DNA of 64,000 nucleotides from the NCBI RefSeq assembly GCF_009914755.1, contig NC_060941.1. The stretch is one strand, 5' to 3'. The translations under genes were made by a program, and so were the position numbers. Positions 28,168-44,065 of the stretch are shown one piece after another. Within the stretch, counting starts at the first letter, position 1; each line of letters opens with the position of its first letter. The notes under the pieces are model-generated. The model was not told the DNA's origin, searched no databases, and saw only the letters and a program-made list of their open reading frames with translations. The stretch is from the human T2T-CHM13v2.0 reference genome, Homo sapiens.

Positions 28168-28194
<27 letters not shown>
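27863..28194 (+). mobile_element. Alu with short internal duplication, followed by FLAM (to ~28320)
   Basis: Dimer with long poly(A); degenerate TSD aagaact(ag/gg)..tatgg. Confidence 0.9.
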
Positions 28195-28200
<6 letters not shown>

Positions 28201-28773
28201 GATATGGCAGCACATATCTGTAATCCCAGCTACTAGGTAGGTTGAGGTAGGAGGATCACTGGTGGAGCCCAGGAGTTCAAATCCAGCCTGGGTAACATAG
28301 CAAGACTCCATCTCTTAAAAATTAATTAAATTAATAAAATAAAAAGAACTTTATTTTTTCTTTAAAGGAGGCTGCCTGTGACAGTCTTCTTGTTTCTGTT
28401 CATGATAGCAACATTCTAATATCAGAGGCTTAGTATACAACACATCATTTTAATTTAAGTCCTCTCAGTCCTGATCAGACTTTGAATCATGTTGGTCCTT
28501 CCTTCATATTGTTGGATCAGTTTCTTTTTCCCTGTTTTTACTGTCAACAGTACTATTTTAGATCCTTATCAGGTCATACCTAGACTCTACAGTGCCTTTT
28601 CGGTAGCCCTGAATCCTTCTTATATCTTGTATACATCACTGTCTTTGGTCATACCACCCTTTCTTTAAGGGAAAATAAAACCGGTTGAACAGTTCCCTAA
28701 TACATACAACAATGATTCAGAAATGTTTGTGTACATAAACATCAGATGAGAAGATTGTTTAAAAATTATAAAA

Positions 28774-29068
28774 GCAGGACATGGTGGCTCACACCTGTAA
28801 TCTCAGCACTTTGGGAGGCTGAGGCGGGAGGATTACTTGAGCCACAGAAATTCGAGACCAGCCTGGGCAGCATGGCAAAATCCTGTCTCTACAAAAAATA
28901 CAAAAAAACAAAAACAAAAAACTAGCCGGGCATGGTGGCGCTTATCTGTAGTCCCAGCTACTCAGGAGGCTGAGGTGGGAGGATCACCTGAGCCTGGGGA
29001 GGTCAAGGCTACAGTGAGCTGTGACCGTGCCACTGCAGTCCAGCCTGAGTTAAGGGAAAAAAAAAAAA
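28774..29068 (+). mobile_element. AluJ-like
   Basis: Diverged dimer. Confidence 0.9.
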
Positions 29069-29074
29069 GATAAA

Positions 29075-29200
29075 AATTTCCAGGCCCCACTACATAGATC
29101 CATATTTAGTAGGTCCAGGTTGGGACCAGGAAACTGCATTTTTATCAAGCACCACAGTTGATTCTGACGCCAGTAGTCCACAGAACATATGCTGAGAAAT
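29075..29200. mobile_element. MER5-like fossil
   Basis: ccaggccccac...ccaggaaactgcatttttatcaagcacc..gattctgacgc. Confidence 0.55.
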
Positions 29201-29717
29201 GGTGAGCCCCTAGTAGAAAACCTAAGCCCTTTGGTTGGGCAGTTATGGTCTCTCCACAATTTGACTATTCTGTATTTTCCCAGCTTTATCTCTCAAAACT
29301 TCTCTACCTGAATCCTCCATTCTGGCTAGACTAGCTGTCTCTTCAACACATCTAGTTACCTGTTTCTTTTCCTTTTTGCCTTTCTCCATAAGGCCTGCCC
29401 AGTCCTCTTGCTGAGTCTGCATTCCTCCTTACCTGATTCAGCCACTGTATCTTCTATGTAGCTTTCACTGACTGCCCAGTTTGTGTTAATCTCTCTCTCT
29501 CTCTCCTTTGTCTTAATAACAGTATTTTCTCTGCATTTCCTTTGATAAGTGATTACTTTCTACCTCATATCTTCTATCTTGAAATATTTGTGTTGTTTTA
29601 AAATCATTTGACTTGTCATATTTTTATCTTATTTTCTCCCAACAAGATTAAAAATTCTGAGGTGAAGTTTTTTATTGATACATGATAATTTGTACATATT
29701 AATGGAGTATGTGTGAT

Positions 29718-30024
29718 TTTTTTGGTTTTTTTTGTTTTTGTTTTTGTTGGAATCTCGCTCTATCGCCCAGGCTGGAGTGCAGTGGCACAATCTCAGCTCA
29801 CTGCAAACTCCCCTCCCAGGTTCAAGCAATTCTCCTGCCTCAGCCTCCCAAGTAGCTGGGGCTACAGGTACGTGCCACCACGCCCAGCTAATTTTTGTAT
29901 TTTTAGTAGAGACAGGGTTTCACCCTGTTGGCCAGGCTAGTCTTGACCTCCTGACCTCAGGTGATCTGCCCGTCTTGGCCTCCCAAAGTGCTGGGATTGC
30001 AGGCGTGAGCCACCATGCCCTGCC
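29718..30024 (-). mobile_element. AluS inserted into a minus-strand L1MA 3' end (~29665-30550)
   Basis: TSD gtatgtgtgat at 29707-29717 and 30026-30036; L1MA sequence continues on both sides. Confidence 0.9.
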
Positions 30025-30205
30025 TGTATGTGTGATATTTTGATACATGCATATAATGTGTAATGATTAAATCAGGGTGATTAGGATATCCATTGCCTCA
30101 AAGAAAAGAAATTGTTTCGTCTAGCTGTTTTGAAATATACAATGTTATTATTAACTAGTCACCTTACTATGAATAGTAGAACTTGTTCCTTCTATCTAAT
30201 TCTAA

Positions 30206-30520
<315 letters not shown>

Positions 30521-30714
30521 TGATTATATTTTTATATCCATTAACCAACCTCTGAGGTAAAGATTTATTTTAACTTACTTAGTAGTATTATCACCAGAAT
30601 CATCACATATGGAAAACTTTGGGCCTAAGTTAACATAGATTGTTTTGATTTGAAACTTTGGTACCATTACTTCAGGGCTTTTTCATGGTCCTCACTGTGG
30701 CTGCTCCCATTTAT

Positions 30715-31140
30715 TAGTATTCTTTTGGTTTTAAGCAACATATGACCTAATATGGCTTAATCAAAAAATGGTATTTATTGGCTTATATAACTGAGCAGTC
30801 CTGGGATAAATTTGACCCCAGGAGAGGCTTTATCTCATACACAAATGATATGGCCAGGGTTCCAGTTTGTCTATTTCTCAGCTCCTTCTCTTCAGTCTTT
30901 TGGGAGGCTCTTCTTTTATATCCCAAAATATGAGCTAGCAACTCCTAGGGCTACGTATTCCCTTGTTTATAAACACCAGGAAAGAAATATCTCAAATCCC
31001 AACAATTTAAGCTAAACTACCTGAACTGGGCCTCTTTGGCCCTGGTTGTCCTGGTTTGAATAATGTGTTCATTGCTGAATCAGTCTGTGATCAAGGTGGG
31101 ATAAATGGATTGGCTAAAACCATCTCACTCCAGAGCTCCA
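30715..31140. mobile_element. MLT1-like (MaLR) LTR fossil
   Basis: Degenerate MLT1-type motifs (ggcttaa...atttattggcttatataactga; ggattggct). Confidence 0.4.
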
Positions 31141-31436
31141 GATGGGTCATTCCTACCAGACTATTCGCCTGAGGAGTTTGGTGGGCCCTGCAGGCAACCA
31201 ACTAATTCCCACTGTTTTCTTCCTTTCTTGACTCATGGGCAAATTTTTTATTGTTGTCGTGGCTCAAAATTTTTGAATTGGAGATTTGTCTCTTCTCTTA
31301 GCCTTATTTCTCAGTGTCCAAAAAACAACTGATTTAAAAAATGAATCCAGACTTTGAAGAATTGTTTTATATTATTCTCTCTAGAAAATGAATCATAAAA
31401 TAAAATTGATTAGTGGCATCTGTATATTTATTTTAA

Positions 31437-31961
<525 letters not shown>

Positions 31962-32024
31962 TAGACTATATCCTGGCCTCCCTAGGTGTCCTACCCCTAT
32001 AGTGGTGTATAAAATGTCACGTAA

Positions 32025-32327
<303 letters not shown>

Positions 32328-32540
32328 CTAGATGTAGGAAGACCAACATTTGTGTCATCATGGAGGTCCTGTGGAGGATATGAGACGTATACATTTTATT
32401 CTAGCTTAGGCTGGAAGTAGAAGAGTGTTTTGGAGAGGGCAATTTGTTATGTCATTCAAATTGTAGGAATGTGTGGAGAGTAGAAATTACCTAATGAGAG
32501 TTCTGATTATTACATGCTTTTTTCAGAGTGAGGAACATGA

Positions 32541-32898
<358 letters not shown>

Positions 32899-33039
32899 TT
32901 CTATAAGATTCTTGACCTTTTTAAAAAGGAAAATTAAAAAATTTTTAAATGTTTTTTGTTTCTTTTGAGAACATTTATCATAATAATTACTGAACCATTT
33001 GAATATACAATGGTGGGAACTCTTCCTTAAATGGCATAG

Positions 33040-33477
<438 letters not shown>

Positions 33478-34656
33478 TAGGTTTTTTAAAATTCACTTCA
33501 GTTTGATTTGGGGTTTGTTGCTTTTAAAATGAGACCATTTAATGAATTTTAAAACAGCCTCTACCTTAATATTGTAAATTGGAAGGTATGCAATGTTGGT
33601 TAACCACTGTGACCTCATCAAGTTGTGGGGTATTCACATGAACTGTGGAATTCCAAACAGGGTGATTCACACTAAACCAATATATGTCCTTTCTCCATCA
33701 TGTAAAACAACACGACATAGCAGATTTTTTTTTCCAAAGTATCCTAAATTAAGTTTTTCTTCCTCTAAGTCCTCTAATTTTTTTCCATTTTCAGAAGTAT
33801 ATCACTATTTAGTTTAAAAGTCAAGTCAGATTATTGTTTTACAAAAGAAGGCCTAATGTTCAATAACTTGGTAACATTATTGCATACTTTCCACCTACAT
33901 CACTCTTAACAAAATTCTCAAAATAAATCTTAAGACAAATAAGTCATCTGAGCAGAGTGTAATTGGTTCCATTTAGGCTTAATAACTTGAATATGCATGT
34001 GGAAAGAGCATGGCTGTGGAGTGAGTAGATGTGGTTTGAACAGATATGCCACTTTCTAGCTATGTACTTTGAGCAAGATACTGAAGTTTTCAGATATCTA
34101 GTTTCCTTATTTGTGAAATAAAGGTAATTGCCTTTCTTATATACCCACAAAAGCTTAAAAAATAGTATGTGTAGTAGTATAGTATAGCAAACTAGCAAAT
34201 AGTTTATACTTAGTAAGTAGTATTTTCTTATCTTTTCCCTCCCTGCCAGCATCTCCTTGCACCCTTTCTCCCTTTTCTCCCCTCTCCTTACCAAGTTAGG
34301 ATAATTCTTTGTCTCAAGTACCCTGAGACTTTGAAGATTTTTCAGATGTAAATTCTTAACTTCTGAAAATTTTCCCTGAGGATAACATAGCCCAGGTTTT
34401 ATAGTGGGCCTTTTAGGATTCCAAATTCTCCTTTACTTAAAGGGAAAAAGAAGAAAATCAAGATATGTTTACTTGGATGGGCTTCAGAAATTGTACATAA
34501 GATTTTGTGTATGCTTTGCTTCCTTTATCTCATAGGTGTCTGTGACACCTGTCCTGGGTTGAGGAAGTCCAATTCTTTATAAGTGTTGAAATACACAGGA
34601 TAAAAGTTTTGTCAAAATTGTATAACTTAGAATTCCTGGGAATTAGTAAAAGATAC

Positions 34657-34810
34657 AAGCTGAGCACTGGCACTGTAGTCCCAGCTACTCGGGAGGCTGA
34701 GGCGGGAGGACAGCTTGAGCTCAGGAGTTCAAGGCTGCAGTGTGCTATAATCATGTCTGTGAATAGCCAATGCACACCAGCCTGGGGAACATAGTGAGAC
34801 TCTGACTAAA
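34657..34810 (+). mobile_element. FAM (fossil Alu monomer)
   Basis: Monomer retaining the 7SL-like tgtgaatagcca segment. Confidence 0.75.
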
Positions 34811-35932
34811 AGTTTTTTAAAAAAGAAAAAAGATATGTAAACAGAAATAATAACACTAATTTTCACATTTTAGGAAAATGGAGCTATAAGCCTGCCTTTA
34901 ATTTCTAATTCAAAGATCTTCATTGAAAAATACAACCTTTTAACAATTATTAGCCTGGGTAAACCTGTATTCTTCTCTAGTGACCTAAAGCAATCTCTGA
35001 CAGCTTCTGCTTTTTGCTGAAGCATGTCATCCCAGAGAAAAAGCCTTTAGGCAGACTTAAATTCCAGTGGCTTTTTTTCCCTATATGGTTGTTGCATCAA
35101 TATAGTAGCATGATAAACATTCAGAGGTAAGGAAAACCTGACAGTTACTGAACAAACTATTTCCTTTACTGGACAGGGGAGAAAATTAAAATTTTTAAAT
35201 TGAGTCTGAGTCTTTTAGGCTGTCTCCTAAATTGCTTAAATATATTTTCAGACATTTGTAAGTGATGTTTGGTCTCAATGAAACCTGGATATTATAGTTT
35301 TTTTCCATATTGGTGGTTATATATGATGTAATGAGGTCATAGAGGGAAAAATGGGAGGACTTAATTATAAGTTAATTTTGTTTTTAACCTTCAGTTTGTA
35401 GGGTAACTTTTAGGACACCCAGAAAGAAGTTCAGCAGATCCTGATTAAAGATTTTCACATTCTAATTTGATGAAGGGAAGGGCCATCTGATATCTGTCCC
35501 TATGATCCCCATTATAACTGGATCTAGTGGGAAAGAGAACCAGAATTTGAGTTTTGGCTTTGCTAAAAATGTATGGTGTGCCTTATTCTGACTTAATTTC
35601 TATTGATCCACATTAGGACCATAAGTCCTCTCATATTTTATGTCTCAGTGAGATGTATTTTAGGAAAGCCTATACCCCGCCCCTCTGTCATAGGAGCCTC
35701 ACAGTGCTCTTATGGTTATATCAAGTGTGTCCCTTTTTATAAAATCCCTAAATGATTAAGGGGTATTTTGGTTTTACTGTAGAATTATAACATCTTATTT
35801 CTAACTGATCATAAAATTTAAAAATAGTTGATCATACTTTGTAACAGAATCACAAATTGTATGTTATGAAAAAATTTTGGAACTATAAGGAAAAATACGT
35901 TTTAAAACAACTTCATTTGTGTTTTCTCCTAG

Positions 35933-36135
35933 GTCAGCTGCCTATAATCTTCTGTGTGCCTTAACTTGTACCTTTAATTTAAAAATCGAGGGCCAGTTAC
36001 TAGAGACATCAGGTTTATGTATCCCTGCCAACAACACCCTCTTTATTGTCTCTATTAGTAAGACACTGGCAGCCAATGAGCCACACCTCACGTTAGAATT
36101 TTTGGAAGAGTGTATTTCTGGATTTAGCAAATCTA
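35933..36135 (+). CDS. NF1: Neurofibromin legacy exon 30 (203 nt)
   Basis: ctcctag|G...CTA|gtaagt; SAAYNLLCALTCTF...GFSKS. Confidence 0.98.
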
Positions 36136-37377
36136 GTAAGTAATGATAATTTTCTTTAATACTAACAATTATTCTAAGAGAATTCAAAGAAAACCCTTTC
36201 ATTTCAGAATTTTCCAGTGAAGACTTTCACTTACATTTTTACTTTTTTTCCTCTTCTGATTTTATATCTGTGGTATCCTGTAACTGAAGGAACTCTGAAG
36301 GAACTTTTTGGTAGGCCACATTGAGAAATCCACCAAAATTCTGATAATAAAAGCAAAGCGGCAAGAGTTTGGTACTTTACACACCTCTGGACCACTTACA
36401 AAGTATTTTCTTCACTGTTGCAGTTTAATTAGCTTCAGCATTTCTCTTCATAGCAGAAAAGTCCACATAAGTATCCATGTTGCCTCCTTAATTTTAGAGA
36501 ACTAGTCATTTTCTCTTTTCTTTAGGTTGACTTTGAACAATGAATTTATTGTAAATGTACAGTTCACGGAGAGCACAGTGGCACATAATACAGGGCCCAG
36601 AGTCAGTTCTGACTTTGTTTTAACTAAGTCTTATAAATTTAATATCCACTCTTTATATTTGTCCATCTTTATATCCTATAGTTTTATAAATGTTGATCTT
36701 CTCCCAGCATATTTCCTGACCTTTTCTTCCCTTTCCTTTCCCTGTAATATATAAAACTTTTTTTTCTGCATTCAAACACATTTCTTGACTTTTATATATT
36801 AGATAATTAAAAGCTTCAGCAATTCACTAAGACTCTTTGTCAGGTAAGAGATGTAGGACTATAACCCTAACAAAAAAATGTGTAGGACTGACAAAACAAG
36901 AAAAGTATAAACTTTATTCATAAATATTAATATGAGAGAAGATTTGAGTGAATGTAAAGGCATATTGTGTTCCTGCATGAACAGTTCTTCCCAGATTATT
37001 ACAAATTTAATGTAATTTCATCAAAATAACCATGGGATTTGAGGATTGAGAATGGAGATAGAACTTAAATGATTCTAAATTCTACATAAAAGTGCAATAA
37101 TAGCTAAGAAAATATTGAAAGGAAAGAGACTTGAGACTTAATAGTACAGATGTCTGAACACTTTATAGCAGTACAATAATTAAAACATACATGTGCAAGA
37201 ATCAGCCATCAGATCAGTTTAAGAGAAACAGATTGATAAAGAAGCATCACAAACTGATGAGGGAGAGATTAAATCATTTAATAAATGAGGCTGGGAAATG
37301 ACTTAAATTAGGTCTTCGTCTTCACCGTACACCATAAGATACCAAGTATGTTCTGCCTGTATTTAAGAGTTGAGTAG

Positions 37378-37538
37378 GGCTGTGTGTGGTGGCTCTCGCC
37401 TGTAATCCCAGCACTTTGGGAGGTTGAGGCAAGAGGATTGTGGCAGGAGGATTGCTTGAGCCCCAGAGGTCAGGGCTATAGTGAGCTATCATCGTACCAC
37501 TGCACTCCAGCCTGGATGATAGAGTGAGACCCTTCTCT

Positions 37539-37576
<38 letters not shown>
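37378..37576 (+). mobile_element. Partial AluJ/FRAM with ~34-nt poly(A)
   Basis: Monomer-length Alu sequence. Confidence 0.85.
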
Positions 37577-37579
<3 letters not shown>

Positions 37580-37820
37580 GTATATAAAAGCTTGGAACCA
37601 TTTTAAAAAGAAGAGGAACAAGTGAATATTTAATTGCTTTCTAGATGAGTAAGGACATATGAAGTAAAAAAGTGATAGGATGAAACAAAGGAAATAGCGA
37701 ACAGATTTGACTACATAAAACTTCAAAACATAGCTACTCAAAAATAAACACAAGTGAAGATAATTAAAAACTAGGAAATACACTTGGAGCAAATATGAGA
37801 AATGATTAATATCCTTAATC

Positions 37821-38213
<393 letters not shown>

Positions 38214-38246
38214 TTAAAAAAGAATATTTGTACAAAAAAAGAAAAA

Positions 38247-38354
38247 AGCCAGGCACCATGGCACATGCCTGTAATCCCACCTGCTCAGGAGGATCGCTAA
38301 GCCCAGGAGTTTGAGACCAGCCTGGACAACATAGTGAGGCCCCCATCTCAAAAA
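38247..38354 (+). mobile_element. FLAM
   Basis: Short Alu monomer. Confidence 0.8.
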
Positions 38355-39291
38355 GAATATTTATATTTTAAGAAATTCACTAATAAAAGCCAATTGAAAG
38401 AATAGTGAGATAATCAGTTATCAGCTTGGCAAAGATTTTTTTTTTAAGATCCATTCCTGGTGGTCTGTGGAATTGTGAGTAGAGGCAATTTTTCTAGAAA
38501 GGCATTTGGAAGTGGATAACAAGACCTTAAGACTATTCATACCTTTTGGCCTCATAATTCTGCTTTTTAGCATTTATCCTAAAGAATTAATGTTAAAATG
38601 TTTATTATAGCATTATTTTTATGTAGATTTTTAAATTGAGGTATATCTTGTCATCAGTAAAGTGCAAGATCTTAAGTCAACAGCTTGATGAACTTCTACA
38701 TGCAAATACATCATGAAAGTATCTCCAGATCTAGACATAGAACATTTCTAGCATCCAGAGGGATATTCTCAGTACCCTCCCTTCACCAAGAGTAAACACT
38801 ATTATGACCTCTATTGCACAGATTTATTTTGCCTACTTTAGAACTTCATATGACATTATTTATAATAGCAAAAAAATGAACAGGCCAAAAGTCAAAGAAT
38901 AAGGAACTGATTAAATTATTGGTTCTCCATCTGATGGAATAATATGAAGCCATTGAAAAATGGCTTTGTTACAGAATTTCAGTTTGGAAGATGAAAAGGT
39001 TCTAGAGATGGATGGTGGTGATGGCTGCACAATGATTTGAATGTACTCAGTGCCACTGAACTGTGCCCTTCAAAATGGGTAAAGCCACGGAACTGTACAT
39101 TTAAAAATAGTTAAAATGGTAAATTTTGTGTTGTGTATATTTTACCACAATTTTAAAAACTCTTTGAGACTTTAGGTAAAGTGTATAGATAAATTTTTGT
39201 ACAATTTTTGTCTTATAAATGTGAAGCTTTTTCAAGTAAGTTTAAAAGAAGTTTGCAGAATTTGTAATGTTGAATAAATAATCTCAGTATA

Positions 39292-39622
<331 letters not shown>

Positions 39623-40116
39623 TCAGAGCCTACTGCATGTATAGCATAATCCCCGTTTTTGCGGGGGAGTGGGAGTGGGTTATACCTGTGTACACACACA
39701 TAAATGTACATTAACTCTACATAAATTTGAAAGCCTGAGGAGAGATGAGATGATACACCAATGTTAATACAGTTTTCATTTTGTGGTGATGCTTTCCTTT
39801 TACCAAACTTTCTATGATTACCACATTTCCTTTTATAATGAGAATAAAACAACTTTTTAACAAGAAAGGACTAAAATGGAGGAAAATAAGACAAAACTTT
39901 TCAAAAATTGGCTTACTGGCTTTTAAAATTACTTTCTTCAAGGACTGTTCTTTCTTCGCCTCTACAAAAATATATTTGCCAAGTGTCTTTTCTCCAGGCC
40001 TGATTCTAGGTAATAGTCTTTACCTTTTACCATTTTTTCCCCGAATTCTTTATGTTAAATAATTGTTGATGTGATTTTCATTGACCATCACATGCTAATA
40101 GTGTATTTTTTTCCAG

Positions 40117-40310
40117 GTATTGAATTGAAACACCTTTGTTTGGAATACATGACTCCATGGCTGTCAAATCTAGTTCGTTTTTGCAAGCATAATGATGATG
40201 CCAAACGACAAAGAGTTACTGCTATTCTTGACAAGCTGATAACAATGACCATCAATGAAAAACAGATGTACCCATCTATTCAAGCAAAAATATGGGGAAG
40301 CCTTGGGCAG
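40117..40310 (+). CDS. NF1: Neurofibromin legacy exon 31 (194 nt)
   Basis: ttccag|G...CAG|gtattg; IELKHLCLEYMTPW...WGSLGQ. Confidence 0.98.
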
Positions 40311-40519
40311 GTATTGAGTTTGCTCAAATATTTATCTAGTATCTCCTTTGTGCACATATTTATCTGGTGCCACATTGGGCAAAGCACTGCGCTAGACACT
40401 AGGGATAGAGTTGTAAAAAACACAGTTTCCTCCTTCAGAAAGCATGTAGACACTCACCCAGCTCTTCATCTGGTTCAAAATTGTAAATGTCTAGTGCATG
40501 TCTCAGAGCCAGAGAAAAG

Positions 40520-40553
40520 CTAGTTATTTGCACAGTCTCCTTCAAGGCATAAT

Positions 40554-40611
<58 letters not shown>

Positions 40612-40690
40612 ATTATATAGGATTATATGTAGGATTATATTTATAATATAAATATATATTTGCCTTGAAGGAGACTGTGCAAATAACTAG
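40520..40690. repeat. Palindromic AT-rich repeat (PATRR17)
   Basis: Perfect 30-bp inverted arms 40520-40549 and 40661-40690 around an AT-rich core containing (AT)22. Confidence 0.92.
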
Positions 40691-41009
40691 ATTTTATATA
40701 TATATTATATAGAACTGTAGAAATCTGGTGACATTTCTAGTGCTTTATTCTAGTTCTCTACATTCCAAAGGTGTCAGTAGATGTTTCTTCTTATTGATGC
40801 TATTTGGGACATCTGCTTTCATTTATAGTTCTACATAAGAATGCCAATATTAAAATAGGATATAATGTAAATTTTATTTTTATCTGACAAGAATTAGGCA
40901 TATCATTTCTTCAAAGTAATCATTTAAGGAAATAATGCCCTCACTCAAACACTGCTGCTCCTCCTCCAAATAATTAGAAATAACCTTGGAGCCAGTGTTG
41001 CAGCCCTAG

Positions 41010-41399
<390 letters not shown>

Positions 41400-41694
41400 T
41401 AGAAAAGCATAGAGATACTTTGCAAGTGACTGAAGATAGTATTGATAGAGATTTAAAATTTTTGAATACCAATCTCTTAATCTCTGAAGGAGTCAAATGA
41501 ATATACTCATCCTTTCCTGGATATTTTATAATAAATTGTATTTACTGACAGGCCTGTAAATAAAATCTAGTATTTTTGAGGCCTCAGGTAAAATAGAATT
41601 TTCATATTGATTAGGCTGTTCCAATGAATATTTTTTAATTAAAAATTAAATTGGTAGAGTGATTAAAAACATGTTATTTTCCTTCTTCAACTAG

Positions 41695-41835
41695 ATTACA
41701 GATCTGCTTGATGTTGTACTAGACAGTTTCATCAAAACCAGTGCAACAGGTGGCTTGGGATCAATAAAAGCTGAGGTGATGGCAGATACTGCTGTAGCTT
41801 TGGCTTCTGGAAATGTGAAATTGGTTTCAAGCAAG
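41695..41835 (+). CDS. NF1: Neurofibromin legacy exon 32 (141 nt)
   Basis: actag|A...AAG|gtaatc; ITDLLDVVLDSF...KLVSSK. Confidence 0.97.
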
Positions 41836-41996
41836 GTAATCACTTTTCTTTTGCCTTCTGTACTATAGCATATCTGTTTTATCATCAGGAGGTTTTTTGT
41901 TTTGTAATTACTTTTAAATTAAACTGAACTTTTTTGTGCTAAAACTTTGAGTCCCATGTTTTTTTTTAAAAAAAAAAAAATCCTGCTTCTTTACAG

Positions 41997-42276
41997 GTTA
42001 TTGGAAGGATGTGCAAAATAATTGACAAGACATGCTTATCTCCAACTCCTACTTTAGAACAACATCTTATGTGGGATGATATTGCTATTTTAGCACGCTA
42101 CATGCTGATGCTGTCCTTCAACAATTCCCTTGATGTGGCAGCTCATCTTCCCTACCTCTTCCACGTTGTTACTTTCTTAGTAGCCACAGGTCCGCTCTCC
42201 CTTAGAGCTTCCACACATGGACTGGTCATTAATATCATTCACTCTCTGTGTACTTGTTCACAGCTTCATTTTAGTG
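41997..42276 (+). CDS. NF1: Neurofibromin legacy exon 33 (280 nt)
   Basis: ttacag|G...GTG|gtaagt; VIGRMCKIIDKTC...QLHFS. Confidence 0.98.
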
Positions 42277-42729
42277 GTAAGTTCTAGGAAAGGAATTTGT
42301 GTTTACCAGTTCCTTTCTCCATTTTACTTCACCTGATCAATATAGATTATCTTATTTATGTTTGTGCTCTAACACCAAGTTGCTAATTTAAGCCTCCAGT
42401 AATGACATGAAATATTACCAAAAAGAAAATAAATTACTTCCATTCCATATCAAGCTATAGTAAAGATTTTCTATGCATACTTGTCATGTAGAGTTATCCC
42501 ATAAGCGGAATACTCAGTGCCAGTTGACCATGTTCAGTTACCAGCACTAATTTGTAGATAAATGAAGCAAGGAGCATTAATACAATGTATCTAGAGGTTT
42601 GATTTAGGGAACATGATTATGTAATTTTTATATGGTATTCAAATTTTCTAAATTCAAAATGAAACATGGAACTTTAGAAATTAAAAAGTAATATTTTCTG
42701 TCTTTACTTGTTCCTTTATTCTCTTACAG

Positions 42730-42944
42730 AAGAGACCAAGCAAGTTTTGAGACTCAGTCTGACAGAGTTCTCATTACCCAAATTTTACTTGCTGTTTGGC
42801 ATTAGCAAAGTCAAGTCAGCTGCTGTCATTGCCTTCCGTTCCAGTTACCGGGACAGGTCATTCTCTCCTGGCTCCTATGAGAGAGAGACTTTTGCTTTGA
42901 CATCCTTGGAAACAGTCACAGAAGCTTTGTTGGAGATCATGGAG
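42730..42944 (+). CDS. NF1: Neurofibromin legacy exon 34 (215 nt)
   Basis: ttacag|A...GAG|gtatag; [11 protein letters not shown]...LLEIME. Confidence 0.97.
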
Positions 42945-43180
42945 GTATAGAAGCCAAAATGATAAGAAACTAAGTTAAAATCTTTTTTTAAAAATATGTT
43001 AATACTATATAGAAGAAATATTGGTTTATTGTGCTATTTTGTACTTAATGCTTAAATAAAAACACTTGCATGGACTGTGTTATTGGTAACAGGTCACTTA
43101 ATGACATCATAATAAACATTATTTAAACAGTTCTAAAAACATTTATGTACAATATGTATTCAGAGTATCCCCTTTTTTAG

Positions 43181-43242
43181 GCATGCATGAGAGATATTCC
43201 AACGTGCAAGTGGCTGGACCAGTGGACAGAACTAGCTCAAAG
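43181..43242 (+). CDS. NF1: Neurofibromin legacy exon 35 (62 nt)
   Basis: ttttag|G...AAG|gtatgt; ACMRDIPTCKWLDQWTELAQR. Confidence 0.97.
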
Positions 43243-43386
43243 GTATGTCCTAAATTAAATATAAGTTGTAAAAATATGCATATTGTTGAAAATACAGCTA
43301 TTACTGTATGATCAATGTTATAATTTATTATTTAGTATATATAAACACAAAGGTTTTTATAAGTTCTGTGGATCTTTTAATTGCAG

Positions 43387-43501
43387 ATTTGCATTCCAAT
43401 ATAATCCATCCCTGCAACCAAGAGCTCTTGTTGTCTTTGGGTGTATTAGCAAACGAGTGTCTCATGGGCAGATAAAGCAGATAATCCGTATTCTTAGCAA
43501 G
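43387..43501 (+). CDS. NF1: Neurofibromin legacy exon 36 (115 nt)
   Basis: ttgcag|A...AAG|gtacct; [19 protein letters not shown]...ILSK. Confidence 0.97.
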
Positions 43502-44065
43502 GTACCTGTTCCGCCCTCACTTCTCCCAAATATTTATGGTTCTCAAGTTGTAAAGCATATCTTTCATTTTTCTAAAAGACGTTTAAATTTGAGGTCAATG
43601 AAATATCTTATATGTTACTTATTAAGCCTTTAAAATGTATTTTGATTATTTATTGTAATTCTTTGAAGAAGTCTTCTCTAAAGAAGCTGTCTTTATATGT
43701 AAACTCTGATTACTTCATTAAGGAAGATGTCTTTAAAATAAAATATGTTGCCTCTTTTGCTAAGCAGGTACACTTAGTATTTTACCAGTTTTCAAAGCAT
43801 TTAATTATATGGTAAGACTATAGCCTTGCATAAAATTATTTAATTTGTAATTACTATAATAATGTCTGACTCTTATAATGTAGAAATGTCAAAAAATAAG
43901 AAAACAAATGTACATTAAGCTAGCTACCAAGATCACCATAGCATGAGAAATCATTCTAGCATTTATTAAATAAGTAAATGTTCCTGAATTCATTCCGAGA
44001 TTCAGTTTAGGAGTTAATGTTTTATTTCAATGAAAGTAAAATAAAAAATTCTGTTTTCCTAAAAG

